A stretch of DNA of 63,249 bases, filler included, from Octopus bimaculoides (lineage: Eukaryota): NCBI RefSeq assembly GCF_001194135.2. It is 6 parts of 6 records of this genome, joined end to end, with 100 filler letters (N's around TTAATTAATTAA, not from the genome) between each part and the next. Parts side by side here need not be neighbours in the genome. Positions count along the whole stretch, not along the records: positions 1 to 25,697 come from NC_068989.1; 5 more parts are not named here. One strand, given 5' to 3'. The position numbers were made by a program, and so were the translations under genes. Of this stretch, positions 1 to 12,792 are shown piece by piece (the first letter of the stretch is position 1; each line of letters starts with the position of its first letter). The notes under the pieces were generated by a model. The model had not been told where the DNA came from, did not search any database, and worked only from the letters and a program-made list of their open reading frames with translations.

Positions 1-35
<35 letters not shown>

Positions 36-551
36 TAATAATTATTTGTAGGTTTAATGATATACATCGAATGACAACGAAAACACAAAATTGTTTAAGA
101 TTACCAATTAGACAGTAGTTCACTCGTTAGGGGAGTCTTGATTTCTCTTTATTGGGTTTTACATCCCATACAGTGTATATAGGTAATAGTTAATAGAGAA
201 GAATTAAGGAATATACATTTTCAAAGTTTTTTTTTTTATTATTACTGAAATATTCTCGTTAAAGATCCGTCAAGCAGGTGTTTCTCCTGGATAATTATCC
301 TTTGATATAACAATTATGTGTATTTATTTGATTCCGACGTTCCTATGCAGTTTTGTTCAAGGTTTTGCCCACTCAGATAACTGAAACAAACTGAGAATCT
401 AAACCTTAGATAGTCCTACTTAAAGTATATTCTAAGTGAGGAATCATTAAACTTCAGGATACATGGCAGTAGAGATTGCGTATTTTGGCACCTAAACTTA
501 GAATAACCATTTTAGATATTACAGGAACCGACTATTTGATACGCTTTGTAG

Positions 552-692
552 AAGAAAAGTACCTTCAATTCACTGATTCCTCAAACTGAGGATAATACGA
601 CACCGTACAGAAATATGGACAGATTTAAAAGGAATCGCAAGAAAGAGGAAACAAGTACCGTTCAGTTTGTTGAATCAGACCACACTATAACA
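552..692 (+). CDS. Candidate internal coding exon of an unidentified host gene (KKSTFNSLIPQTEDNTTPYRNMDRFKRNRKKEETSTVQFVESDHTIT)
   Basis: 141-nt stop-free frame between acceptor gatacgctttgtag and donor ACA|gtaaagt, phase 0-0, non-repetitive sequence. No recognisable homology. Confidence 0.35.
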
Positions 693-2212
693 GTAAAGTG
701 TTATTCTTTTATGAATAATAGAAGTCTAGTATTAATGGAGATGAATAAAGTAACTTCAAATTATAATCATATTTTGTCTCAGTTTACAAAAAGATCCCAA
801 TGATTTTGTTTAGCGCAACTAAAGTAAATTTGCGATTACTTGACTGGGTTAACTGTTGTGCACTTCTGTCTACGTGGTTGTTAATAAAAATCATTATATA
901 GAAAATACTTAAATATTTTTCTGAAGAATGTGTATGCTTTAGTGTTAATGCTTTTCTTCTAAGTGCATGTTATTAAATCGCGGGAACGAATTAGTAGTAA
1001 AATGCGCACATTCGTTCAGAAAAATGATTAGGTAAGTTTAATAAGAAATCACGTGGATAGTATAGCACATATGCATTAAAAGACACTACAACACCTATCC
1101 TGTAGAAACGCGTGTCGAATTTGAATTTAATGAGAATAAGACAATTGTAAAACATTTTTGAAGATGTTTATTTCGCCATTCTTCTCTATGATGTATATTT
1201 ACACACACACATACACATACACACACATATATATGTGTGTGTGTGTGTGTGTGTATGTATGTGTGTGTGTATGTATGTGTGTGCATCTATGTGCGCGCGC
1301 GTGTGTATGTGTACTATAAAGCTTGCATTTGAAGAGAGAAATCCTGGCAGAAACATCAATACGGCTTTGAAGTGATTGCGAATGTGTAATTTTGACTAAC
1401 ATTAAGTATTTGTGTTGCCCGATCACACGCTGGCAATATATTTCCTCTTCCAAGGAAATACTGCTTTCAATGTCTGATGCCTTACATCGAGGGATTAAGC
1501 ATTCGTTATGAGTTTTAAACATTTATATATGTTCCCTTTTCCTTTCGTGGTGTTGATGCATATGTATGCAGTTATATATGTGTGTGTGTGTTTGTGTTTG
1601 TGTGAGTGTATGTAATCGACTAACCCCGTATGTTGCATGCGTTCATACCTATATACATACACATTCTTACACGCAGAAATACATGTATATCTAAATGTAC
1701 GTATTAAGGTAGCATCTACAGGACCGTTAAACCACCAGGCAAAATATAGTAGTATTACCGCTGTCTCTTTACCTTCTAATTTGAATTTCAATCGGTGTGA
1801 ACTTTGCCTATTATCCTTCATATTCTTTGGGGATCTATAAAACAAAGAACCAGTACTCGGATAGATGATATGGAAAACGTCCACAATTTTGCAGGCATTT
1901 TACCTAAATTAGAAGATAAATACATATTTATACATACATGTATGTATTTATGTATAGTCAGTGAATAACTTAGCGTATAACTCACATGAAAATTCATTTG
2001 TTAATATACTATTAATTGCTATCATAAAAATCAAATTGAAATAACTATATCAGCAATAATGCGGTACTAGAAAAGAGTGAAACATCGAAAATCGGACCAG
2101 CTTTGAAATAACAGCACCTATGCTGTTTAGAGAATGTTATTAGAATAGAAGAGAAATGTCCTCGTGCAATTCTCTTCAGAGAACTAGCTACCGGTAAAAA
2201 CCCACCATGATA

Positions 2213-2427
2213 TTTCTTATTTCTTTATTGCCCACAAGGTGCTAAACATAGAGGGGACAAACAAGGACAGACAAAGGGATTAAGTCGATTACAGCGACCC
2301 CAGTGTGTAACTGGTACTTAATTTATCGATCCTGAAAGGATGAAAGGCGAAGTCAACGTCGGCTGAATTTGAACTCAGATCGTAGCGGCAGACGAAATAC
2401 CGCTAACGTTTCTGCGAGCTCGCCACC
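2213..2427 (-). mobile_element. tRNA-derived SINE, family A (ggcggcgagctggcagaa head), internally deleted, with 16-bp TSD
   Basis: Reverse complement of the family A sequence repeated across the window; direct repeat ccaccatgatatttct at 2202-2217 and 2423-2438. Confidence 0.85.
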
Positions 2428-2450
2428 ATGATATTTCTATCTAACATTAG

Positions 2451-2661
2451 GGCGACGAGCTGGCTGAATCATTAACACACCGGACAAAACGCTTAGCGAT
2501 TTTTAGTCTGTCTTTAATTTTTGAGTTCAGATTCCGCCGAATTCGACTTTGACTTTCATTCTCTCAAAGTCGATAAAATAATATCAGTTCAGCGTTGGGG
2601 GTCGATGCAATCGACTTACTCCTCCCTCGTAATTTAGAGCCTTGAGTCAAAATTTGAAGCC
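2451..2661 (+). mobile_element. SINE family A, diverged
   Basis: ggcgacgagctggctgaatc head; gagttcagattcc B-box-like motif; gggtcgatgcaatcgact body motif. Confidence 0.8.
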
Positions 2662-5103
2662 GATATTCTGTCCCACCAATCTAACGACCTAATTAAGTCG
2701 ATCCTGAAAATCACTGGAATCTTTTGAAATTATCGTCCTTAACTAAAGCAAAAATCGAGCAACTTGTCATCGCTGTATCACCGCATGTCTCTTTCAAATC
2801 AAATATCTAGTAAATATTTCAGAGAAACGTAAGTGACTCCAAGATGTAACAATAAACCCATCCTCTGCATTCTCTTCCAAACGTGATTCTCGCCGCTTTA
2901 CATGAGTATTTATTTTGAATAGCATAAACTTTAAATTAAGGTTCCGGACTCGAGATATAAACACCAATGTCGATATATGCATATGCATCATAAGGAATAT
3001 CACCATTATTTTGCAGGTACACCATTGTCTTCTGCCTACTTCAAGGCTTTCAATTTCATGAATTTAAAGCAATATTTCCAAGGTCTACTTGCGTTTCGGA
3101 TTAACTAGATAATTTCACATATATTTATAATTTTATGCGGTGTACAATTTATCTAATACAAATTCCACAGGGATGCAAATTTGGGTATAGTTCCCTTTTC
3201 TCTATCAAAGATATGGAGATTATTATGCGTTAATAATGTATGATCTATGATATTCAATTGAAGTTTATGCTGAAATGTATATCTATCAATCTAGATATAA
3301 CCTTAATTATAAATGTTGATGTAGAATATAACTGAATTATTGACTCAATCTGTTTATGATAAATTTGAAATGTATAAATTTTATTACAATGTGGTAGTCA
3401 TGCCAACGTTATAGAAATAAACATTTTAATAATATTGTAGTTTGAAATTAAAGAGAAAATTATTCTTGAATATGTGAATTGTAAAATGTACGTGAAACAG
3501 TTATGGTGATGAGAATATATCACTTTACCAAACAATTTGTTGACACAATGATTATGATATCTAATTTTTAAAATGCTAAGTAGAATGAAGTTATGGTTTA
3601 TTGGAATAGAACAATTATTTTTAACATTAGAGCAATTTATTTAAATTCATTTCTATTCCCATTTGCAATTTTTGGCTGCCTTTAACATGACAGTTGCATT
3701 AAATTCAAATAAGCGCATATGCTCCTTTCATGTGAGTTCACTTAAATGCTAGTGTACGATTTCGATTTTGTGAATATAATTTAACATAAAAAGGAATTGT
3801 AAAATTCTTGCATTTATAAGGAGGTCACGTCTGATAACATTTTTGTCGAAAATTGTCAGTGTATATATTATATATGTGTATATACGCAGGTATATACACA
3901 TAAATGTTGTTTTACTTTTACAAAAATCGTGGTATTTTATTTATGCATATTTAGTTGCACCAGTACCTACATCCACAAACCTTTATATGTATAACTATAT
4001 ATAACACAAGAAAAACATCTTTTTTAGTAACCATATCCATAAACATATAATGCGAATATTTTAAAGTGTTTAAATTTCCTAGCAGATATAAACTATACCC
4101 TTTTTCTGTTTCCCTTATTTATTATGTCTCCTACTCTAGTCAACTTTCGATGATATTTATTGTCTCTAAAAGTATTCTCTAATATTTTCGATATATTTTT
4201 TCTATATAACATTCCATAGATGCTTTATAGTTTTAGCAGCGAACATTGTAAGTAAAATACCCTTTAATCTTCATATACGTATCTATTATTCTTATAATTT
4301 TTATACTTTTCTTATATTGTCATATGAACCGCCCATTAGTAACTAATTTTTACTCCTTTAACTATTTTCTGTAAATTATCTCTTTCTATGTTTCTGAAAT
4401 ACTACTTACATATCATTCTATTATAAAGTTTAAATACCACTAACCATTTACGGGGGTTCTTAATCATAATTTCTTATTTATAAAAAAGCCGAAATGATTA
4501 TTAACGGTCATATATAAATTTCAGTCTCCTGAAACCCACTTACTTCTTACTTCCTATATGGAGTGTAATACTAGCTCATTTACTCTGGTCTATAAGGAAA
4601 AATTTACCTATATTTCTATGCTATATATATCGTCACCTAACCGTTACCCGTTAGTCGTGTTTTAAATAAACATGGCTCATGGAACAATTACACATTAAAA
4701 ATTAGTAAGAACAATACCCACGTAATTCTTAAGTCCCCCTTTTTCTTTATTAAGTTCTTCTCTTTTTCCATTGTCAAAGAGTACTGATAAGTGCTCTTTG
4801 ACAATTCAGATTTTTAAAATGAATTTATTGTCTTTATGTACGAAACGATCGTCTTGGGAACTGAATAAATATTTTATCCCATATCAACATCTAATCTCCA
4901 TTTATGAAAAAATATGACTGAATTTGTCGAACTTCGTTTTATAACTTAAATCATATATTTGATATACCTACATAACTTTTCATACCGATGCCATTTTACA
5001 CTAGTAAATCGAAGTATAGTATGAAGAATCAACGTTAGAAATCTTTTGAAAAATACTCCAATTAAACGATGAATTCCCCTCCAACCCTTTTTCATAATAT
5101 ATA

Positions 5104-5132
<29 letters not shown>

Positions 5133-5141
<9 letters not shown>

Positions 5142-5865
5142 TGAAAAAACTGCTTACAACAGGGATGACGCAGGCGTTCGATCATGTAAAACAAATAATA
5201 AATGAGTATATGCATATATCCGTACAGGTATGTGCATACTTACGTCTACCTGTATATATAGGTGCATATCTGGGTACAGGACATTGCAAACAAAACATAG
5301 ACAAGAAACTAATAATAACCAGAGTACAGAAAACACACAACATCCCTGTTGTAAGCAGTTTTTTCAACTTTATATTTTCTGACGCGACTCTATCTCTTTC
5401 TGTATCACTTTTTCCCCCTCTCGTTCTTCCTCTGATACTACTACGTATCTCTCTTTACCCCTCTCGTTCTTCCTTCTGTTACTACTATATCTCTCTCTTT
5501 CCCCTCTCGTTCTTCCTTCTGCTACTACTATATTTCTCTCTCCCTCTCTTTCTCACGTTGCTCACCTATTCTTCTACTTCCTCCCTTTGTTTCTCCCTCT
5601 ACCACACTCTCTCTCTCTCTTCCTTACTCCTGCCTGGTCACATGCTTCCGGTCACTAATCCTTTTCCTCCTTGGCTATCGCCGAGCAAACACGTGAACTA
5701 ACTTCGTCCCTACTTTCAGTTCGTGCCTCACAGCGTTCATATACACATAATTTTTCACGTCTGGCCGCATAGCCTTTTCTGTTTGTTTTCCTGTCTTGTT
5801 TTTTGTCCGCCACTACATTCCTCCATGGCCCAGGTTTAATTTGTGTATACAAATTTAATTTGCGG
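5133..5865. repeat. Copy of dispersed repeat X (PLE terminal-repeat-like) with an inverted 5' segment bounded by a 35-bp inverted duplication
   Basis: 5133-5167 is the exact reverse complement of 5341-5375; 5168-5340 resembles 13732-13900; 5740-5865 resembles the reverse complement of 13980-14095. Confidence 0.65.
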
Positions 5866-6858
5866 NNNNNNNNNNNNNNNNNNNNNNNNNNNNNNNNNNN
5901 NNNNNNNNNNNNNNNNNNNNNNNNNNNNNNNNNNNNNNNNNNNNNNNNNNNNNNNNNNNNNNNNNNNNNNNNNNNNNNNNNNNNNNNNNATATATATATA
6001 TATATATATATACTCATATACGTATATGCTAACATATATATACATATATGTGTGTCTGTGTATGTATATATTTGTCAATTTGTATACATGTCAAATAAAT
6101 GGATAAATAAATCAATGAATGAGCAAATAAAGTAATACTGATTTTTTAAAAACTTTAAAAATTAACAGTGCATAAAGTTGTGGTAAATATTTGAAGTTAT
6201 AGACTATGAGGTGAACAAAATTCTGTTTCGTTTTGATATTTACCCCACCTTTATAATGTGACAAAATTCTTTTACGTAATTGTGTTTGAGGGCCAAACAT
6301 TTTATTAATACTGAATGATTTGTAAGTTTTTATTTAGCATGGATGGTTTGTAGCTTTAAATTTAGTATAATATTGAGAATATTTATAATATTTCAGTCGA
6401 TTGATAACTAAATTTAGTATGAAGCATTGTAATATATTTGTCTTAAGTGCAAACTAAATCATTATATTCGTAGTTAAATTTAAGATATAAATTTTAATAA
6501 TGGTATCATCCATATATAAGATGATTATAACTATATAAATTAAAATTAATAATAATAGTATATAAATAATTTTAGAAAAGCAATATCGTGATTAAAAGCA
6601 TTTCTATTGTAATAATGTATTTCCGGTTATTTTTTTCCGTAAACAATGAATGTATACATCTATAAACATTGATTTACAGTAGTTATTTTCCGTGATAAAC
6701 TAAGTAAAATTGTGTTTTTATCTGTTAATTACTAAAACTAATGTTTATATTAGTACGCATGAATAGATTAGAATGATTATTAAATATAATTATATATCTT
6801 CTTTAATAATTATGCATATATGAATATTTTGTGTAGACCTTGTAATATTTAGTATATA

Positions 6859-8118
6859 TCAGGTGAGCTTATAAATTCTGTCCGGTTTTACCTCTTTTTT
6901 TAAAAAAATGAATGAAATTTGATAGTATCTTAGAATATCTAATGAAATTTAAAATTATTTTTTGCATTTGTGTACGTTTAAACTAAATAAGAATTAAAAT
7001 TTCTTTGATTAAAACCTTTTCCAACATGGAAGTATCCAAAGGGCATTTAAGGCACATAATGCTTTACGAGTAGAAAACAGGAAACTCTTCAGCCGAAGCG
7101 ACTCGAAACGTATACTCAGTTTATGTGAAAGAATGCTTGAATGAAAGAATTTTTAGAAGATGCTTTGCAAAATTCAGAAGCGGAGATTTCAGCCTTGAAG
7201 ATGAAGATCGAACAGGACGTTCAGTTGAGCTTGATGATAAGCGCCTTGGGGCATTACTTGAAGAAAATCCTGCATTATCATTTGAAGAATTGGCAATAAA
7301 GCTTAGTTCAAAACATACAACTGTTCATCGTCATCTTCAACAAGTTGGAAAGGTTCCTCAACTTGGAAAATGGATGCCTCATGAATTGTCCGAAAGCAAC
7401 CGCAAATCCCTAGTTGACATCTGTTCTTCTCTCCATTTTCGCGAACTCATTTCATCCTTTTTGGATGGACTTGTGACTGTTGACGAAAAATGGATCGTCT
7501 GTCGAAATGTTAAACGTCGTTCACTGTGGCTTAGAAAAAGGGAAAAAGCTCAACCACAACCGAGAAGGGAACTTCGTGGAAAAAAGATTCTTCTCTCTAT
7601 CTGGTGGGATTGCAAAGGAGTAATTCACTTTGAATTGTTACCACCTAATGCAACAATCAATGGTCAAGTCTACTGTCAGCAATTAGAGCGTTTGAACGAA
7701 GCTTTGAAGAAAAAAAGACCCGCTTTAGTGAATCGACAAGGAGTGATGTTTCATTAGGACAGTGGGCGACACCACACTGCAAAGATCACAACACAAGATC
7801 GAAGAGCTTGGTAGGGGAAAAATTCCTCATCCACCTTATTCTCCCGACATTGCTGCTTTAGACTACCATTTGTTTTGTAGTTTACAGAATCGTTTGGTGG
7901 ACATAACATTCGCAAGCCAGGGGGAGGTCGATATTTTAAAGTTCTTTGGTTTGAAACCAAAAGAGTCTTACATTGATGGGGTTAAAAAGCTTGTAAATAG
8001 ATAGAAGGGAGTCATAGATCATCAGGGAAAGTACATTGATGATTACATTTCAATTAGATATACCATTTGATCACTTGTTTTGTTTCTTCAAAATTCGGAC
8101 AGAACTTATGTGACCTGA
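6859..8118 (+). mobile_element. Full-length decayed mariner (Tc1/mariner) transposon
   Basis: Imperfect ~30-bp TIRs (tcaggtgagcttataaattctgtccggtttta / caaaattcggacagaacttatgtgacctga), TA on both flanks, ~1.26 kb, internal transposase. Confidence 0.95.
7026..8004 (+). pseudogene. Mariner transposase pseudogene
   Basis: ATG at 7026, premature TAG at 7071, WMPHEL (WVPHEL motif), VTVDEKW, FH*DSGRPH, then a frameshift before HPPYSPDIAALDYHLF. Confidence 0.93.
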
Positions 8119-8207
8119 TATCATGATATTATATTTCCATAAAAATTGTGGAAATATAAAAGTATTGGCTTACTCTAATTTATTTTCTTCTGTAAAACCA
8201 AGTAAAA

Positions 8208-9050
8208 TTTTGATTATTTATTTATTTATTATTACGATTTTTTTGTACGAAACTTTACACGTGTGTTTAACAGCAGCGAATTTAAAAGAACCTTTGAATT
8301 GATGAATCATTGATTAAAAGTTTCTTTAATGAATTTCTTGTGTGAATAAAATATATTCTAATTAATTTTTCATAAAAGTATCTAGAAATTAAAATTATAT
8401 TTCGTACTCCACCATAAATTGTTAACACATTATATACATTTTATTATATATAGATTTTATATAAATAAAATTAGCAGTGATTATTTTTGATTAAAATATC
8501 TTTAGATTATTGAACCTCGAGAGAAGCATTGTACCGGAAATCATAAACACTCGCACTGGTTCGATCCTTTATTGTTATTGTTAGTTAATTGGTTAGGTAC
8601 TCCGCTAACAAATCAGCCGTTTTTTTATTAGTTTTTGAAACATATTTAACACTTTGGTTTTGTTCATGCTGTCATTTCGTTTTTGCTCAAATTGTTATTT
8701 AATCACATTGTTGCAATCTCTTCAGTGACACGTCACTCTGCTTCCATTTATTTTGAACTTATGTTCCAGCATTGAGATTCGTCCGAGATCTGTCCGAGAT
8801 GAGTATTTGTGTTTGTTTTTTAAAATACTGACTATGTCAGTATCATACATAAGATAGCGGTTTTGGTTTTTTCTCTTTGTTTTCTTCGCAAACGCACACG
8901 TTCATCCATATAACGTTTCTCACAAAGACAGTTAAATCGTCTTCTTTGTTTGATAAATGTTGAATAAACTGATATCTATGTGTGTATGGAAGAGTAAGTG
9001 TGTACAAGCGTGTGTCTCTGTGTTTGCGTGTCCGTATGTGTGTAAGTGCG
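8208..9050. repeat. Direct repeat copy 1 (partner 11612-12590), candidate PLE pseudo-LTR
   Basis: Colinear matches, e.g. ttgattaaaagtttctttaatgaattt, tactccaccataaatt, gcaatctcttcagtgacacgtc, gatctgtccgagatgagta. Confidence 0.85.
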
Positions 9051-9309
9051 TGTCTGTGTATCATTGTGTCTTTACGGGTGTGTGTGACCGTTTGTGTGTT
9101 TGTTTCCGTGCATGTGTGTTGCATCCATATGTGTGTGAGTTTTTGTGTGTTTGTGTGTACGCATGTACTACTGTATGCATATTTCCGTGTGTGTACATAT
9201 GCGTATATGTGTGTGTCCTTGTGAAGTTCAAGGCATGTCTGTGTCCTTGTTTTCTTTGAACGTGTGTATGCGCATGTGTGTATGTGTGTGTGCATCCATG
9301 GGTTTTTGT

Positions 9310-10760
9310 AAGGCTTCTGCCTAATGAGAGTATTTACTTTTCAAAACCGATCTTGTTTCATTTATCAAGACTGACTCTCGTGTCTGTCGTAGAGATGTGT
9401 CGTACGGGTGTCTAGACATGATTTCAATGCTACTTTACTCCCTCCAATGGACATTTATACGCTCAGCTAAACTTCTCGCCGTTTTACCTTTGTATGCAGT
9501 CCTTTGGTTTTTACAATCATCATCAATGCAGTTCATTCGGTGAAACACAATTCTGGTTTTGCATTTGACACCAAAGCTATATTTGCACACTACAGAGTTC
9601 TCCTCTACACACGTGCTCTATCTGAAGTGGTATGATTTGCATATTTTTAACCTGATGGATTTCCCTGGTTTTGCCATAACTTTCATGTTCAACTTTATTC
9701 CAATGCTTACTACGGTACTTAGGTTGTGTTCCATTGGCATCCTTATTCTAAATCTCTTCAAATTTCTTTCTAGAACTCCTGTGCACTCAGATTCTATCTT
9801 TCTGGTTGCATCCCAAATATTGCATGCGATTTATGTGTGTGTTTCTGTTTCTCCCAGGGTTTGCACAGAGAGTATATGTTTTTTTGTTTTATTATTCTGA
9901 CTAAGTAGGCTATTAATATATTAATTTTCACATTGTGAAATAGAGCCGAACTCTTATGGATCACATATTTCGACGACATGGGTTTCATATAGTGTGAGTG
10001 AAGGATTTTGAAGTTTGTTATTAATGGTTGCTAACCAGAGCTCTGTGCCAAGGGTGGGAGTCTCTTGTTTGGGTACCTTGTTGGGAAATCTATAGTTACC
10101 TTGATGCTTTGGTGCAAGGAATTAGCTATAGGCTGGATACTTTGCATCATGATTCTCCCCTCTTCAGTTTAACTATACGATGATGTCTTGACCATGATGT
10201 TGATGTCATCCACATATCTCCCGTAATGTCTGACTGCTACCGAGTGTTCCTCAAGAGCTTGCTTCAGTTTTTTGTCCCACCAGGTCATGAACAGCCCCGC
10301 TACCCCCACCCACCCCAACCACACTGACACCGATGACCGCCCCCTGGACATGCATATATAGCTTCTCATTGAATTTAACTATATGGTTCTGTACGGTGGT
10401 CTTTAGACTTGCACCCACTGCATGTGCAATCATTTTCCGCGTCTGGACGTTATCCCCTGGGTGTGCGCGGGTGCATTCCATCCAATCTAGCGCTCGCGGT
10501 GCTTTTCCTAGCAGCTTGATGTGATTGTGGGTGGTCTGATTCGTTTCGGCTTGGTGGGGCAGAGTCTACTTAGGTCGTAGTGATCTAAGTATTCTCTATT
10601 GCAAACGAGCTTCAGGAAGAGGTCCAGTTCCCTCGTGTTCAAATCAAGGAAGACGACTTCGTTTCCGGAGATAATTTCCACAGAGAATTCTACAGGAAAT
10701 TCAATGTAAAGTGATACCACATCCATACTACCTACCATATAATCTGACAGGTCATGGGAG
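9310..10760 (-). mobile_element. Decayed 5'-truncated Penelope-like retroelement (RT + C-terminal GIY-YIG), subclade unassigned
   Basis: Minus-strand peptides SMDVVSLY (RT motif A), HVQGAVIG, YGRYVDDIN (motif C), IANSLHQSIKVTIDFP, HYMKPMSSK, then YKGKTARSLAERINVH and RQTRESVLINE (GIY-YIG); many stops and frameshifts. Confidence 0.85.
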
Positions 10761-11562
10761 CAGTTACATTCATTAACCCTGCTGTTGTATTTCTTTTGTT
10801 TAATTTATTTTATCTATTTGAATTTCGGTTCTGTTTTTATCATATTTATTATACTTTTAAATTTTTTAACGCTCACGCTTGTAAACATGAATATAATTTA
10901 TATCAGTCTATTTTATTATTTCGCACTCCTTGCATGAGATTTTTGTCTACTTTTTAGACAAATCTCAACCTGACGAAATTCAGATACATAAAACTGATTT
11001 TTTAAATAAATTTACTAGTGGATATGAATCGAAACAAATTATAAAATATATATTTGATTTAATTATTTGTTATATTATAATATATTATATTATATTATAT
11101 TATATTATATTATATATTTTATAGTATAATTATATTATATTATAATACTAATGAATTTATAATATGTCAAATGTATTTCACTATTTCCTTTTATATTTAT
11201 ATATTGAACTTATGCAATTTTATGTTTTGAGCCTTTGCCTACTATATTGTGGTATTTAACTGAAGAAAGAATGAAAATTGGATGATTTTCCATCGCTTTC
11301 AAGGAAATTCTTTCTTCCTTGGATTGAATAACAAATATATATGTATGCATGTAAGTATATGTGTGTGCGTGTGTATGTGTGCGTATGTATGTCCATGTAT
11401 ACGTATACGTTTATACGGAAAATGTCATGGACACCTCCGTTAGCATAGCATATGCAGAAACGTATGCAGGAGTACTATAGGTGCATTCACCCCTCCCATA
11501 TATATATATATTTATATGTATATATGGGAGAGGGATATATGTATATGTGTGTATGTATATAA

Positions 11563-11603
<41 letters not shown>

Positions 11604-11611
11604 TACATGTA

Positions 11612-12590
11612 CAATTTTGACTTTTTATTTATATAGTATTGTCATTTTTATGTACGAAACAGTATAGTTTATAAAAATCGTAACTTCATACATTTGTTTA
11701 ATATCAGCGTATTTAGAGGAAACTTGTGAATTGAGGAATCTTTGATTAAAAGTTTCTTTAATGAATTTCATGTGTTAATAAAATGTGTCAAGGCCTAATA
11801 GGAAGCGGTCTGGCTTCCTAGGGCTAAACAGCAGTAGTGTATTCCCTTATCGGGACTGTCACGTTAAGTTGGCAGTATACAACTACTTTATCTTTATTTA
11901 GTTTTTCATAAATTATATAGAAATTTAAAATATATTTCATACTCCACCATAAATTCTTAACATGTATAGATTTTATATAAATAAAATTATCATTGATTAT
12001 TTTATATTAAAATATCTTTAGATCATTGAACTCCGGGAGAAGCATTACACCTGAAATCATAAACACTCACACTCGTTCGGTCCTTTATTGTTATTGTTAG
12101 TTAATCGGTGAAGTACCTCGCTCGCAAAGTTATCAATCAACCGTGTTTTAGTAGTTTTTGGAACTCATATGTTAAACACTTTGGTTAAACATTTAATCGT
12201 TCAAACGTTCAGTATTGTTCGTGTTCCCATTTCGTTTTGCTCAAAGAATTATTTCATCACAGTGTTGCAATCTCTTCAGTGACACGTCTCTCTACTTCCA
12301 TTTCTTTTGAATACATTGGGATTCGTTCGAGATCTGTCCGAGATGAGTATGTGTGTGTATGTTTGCATGTGTGTGTGTGTGTTTATACGCAGGTGTGTGT
12401 GTGTTTTTAAATACTATGTCAGTATCATACATACATAAGATAGCAGTTTTGGTTTTCTCTTTGTTGTTCTTTGCAAACAAACACGTTCATCCAATAAATT
12501 GATACATATCTGTGCATGGGAGTGTCAGTGTCTACGAGCGTGTGTGTTTGTGTTTGCGTGTCCATTCGTGGATGATTGTGTATGTGTTTG
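11612..12590. repeat. Direct repeat copy 2 (partner 8208-9050) carrying a ~104-bp insertion
   Basis: Colinear with copy 1 except an insertion at ~11785-11888 and a ~55-bp deletion near 12490. Confidence 0.85.
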
Positions 12591-12592
12591 GA

Positions 12593-12760
12593 GTAGATAA
12601 AACAGGAGACAACTGAAGAAGTGAATGTACTTTATGTTGCCTGCCACACTTCTCTATTTGTTTCTTTGATTGTTCGAAAAAAGTTCATTTTCCAGGCTTT
12701 TGTTTTTTATGTTCTCGTTTCTCATTTTTTTAACGTTTTTCGACGCCCTGTATCCATGTA

Positions 12761-12770
<10 letters not shown>
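12593..12770 (+). repeat. Fragment of dispersed repeat X
   Basis: Matches 18290-18450 (gataaaacagg...ttttatgttctcgtttctcatt...cgccctgta). Confidence 0.75.

Positions 12771-12792
<22 letters not shown>

Noticed and set aside
2823-2828. 6-nt microexon tttcag|AGAAAC|gtaagt
   Set aside because: Consensus sites alone are common in AT-rich DNA; the same donor fits a longer candidate exon and there is no transcript evidence.
5133-5375. MITE with 35-bp TIRs
   Set aside because: The TIR sequence is internal to repeat X and continues into it on the right side; an inversion junction explains it better.
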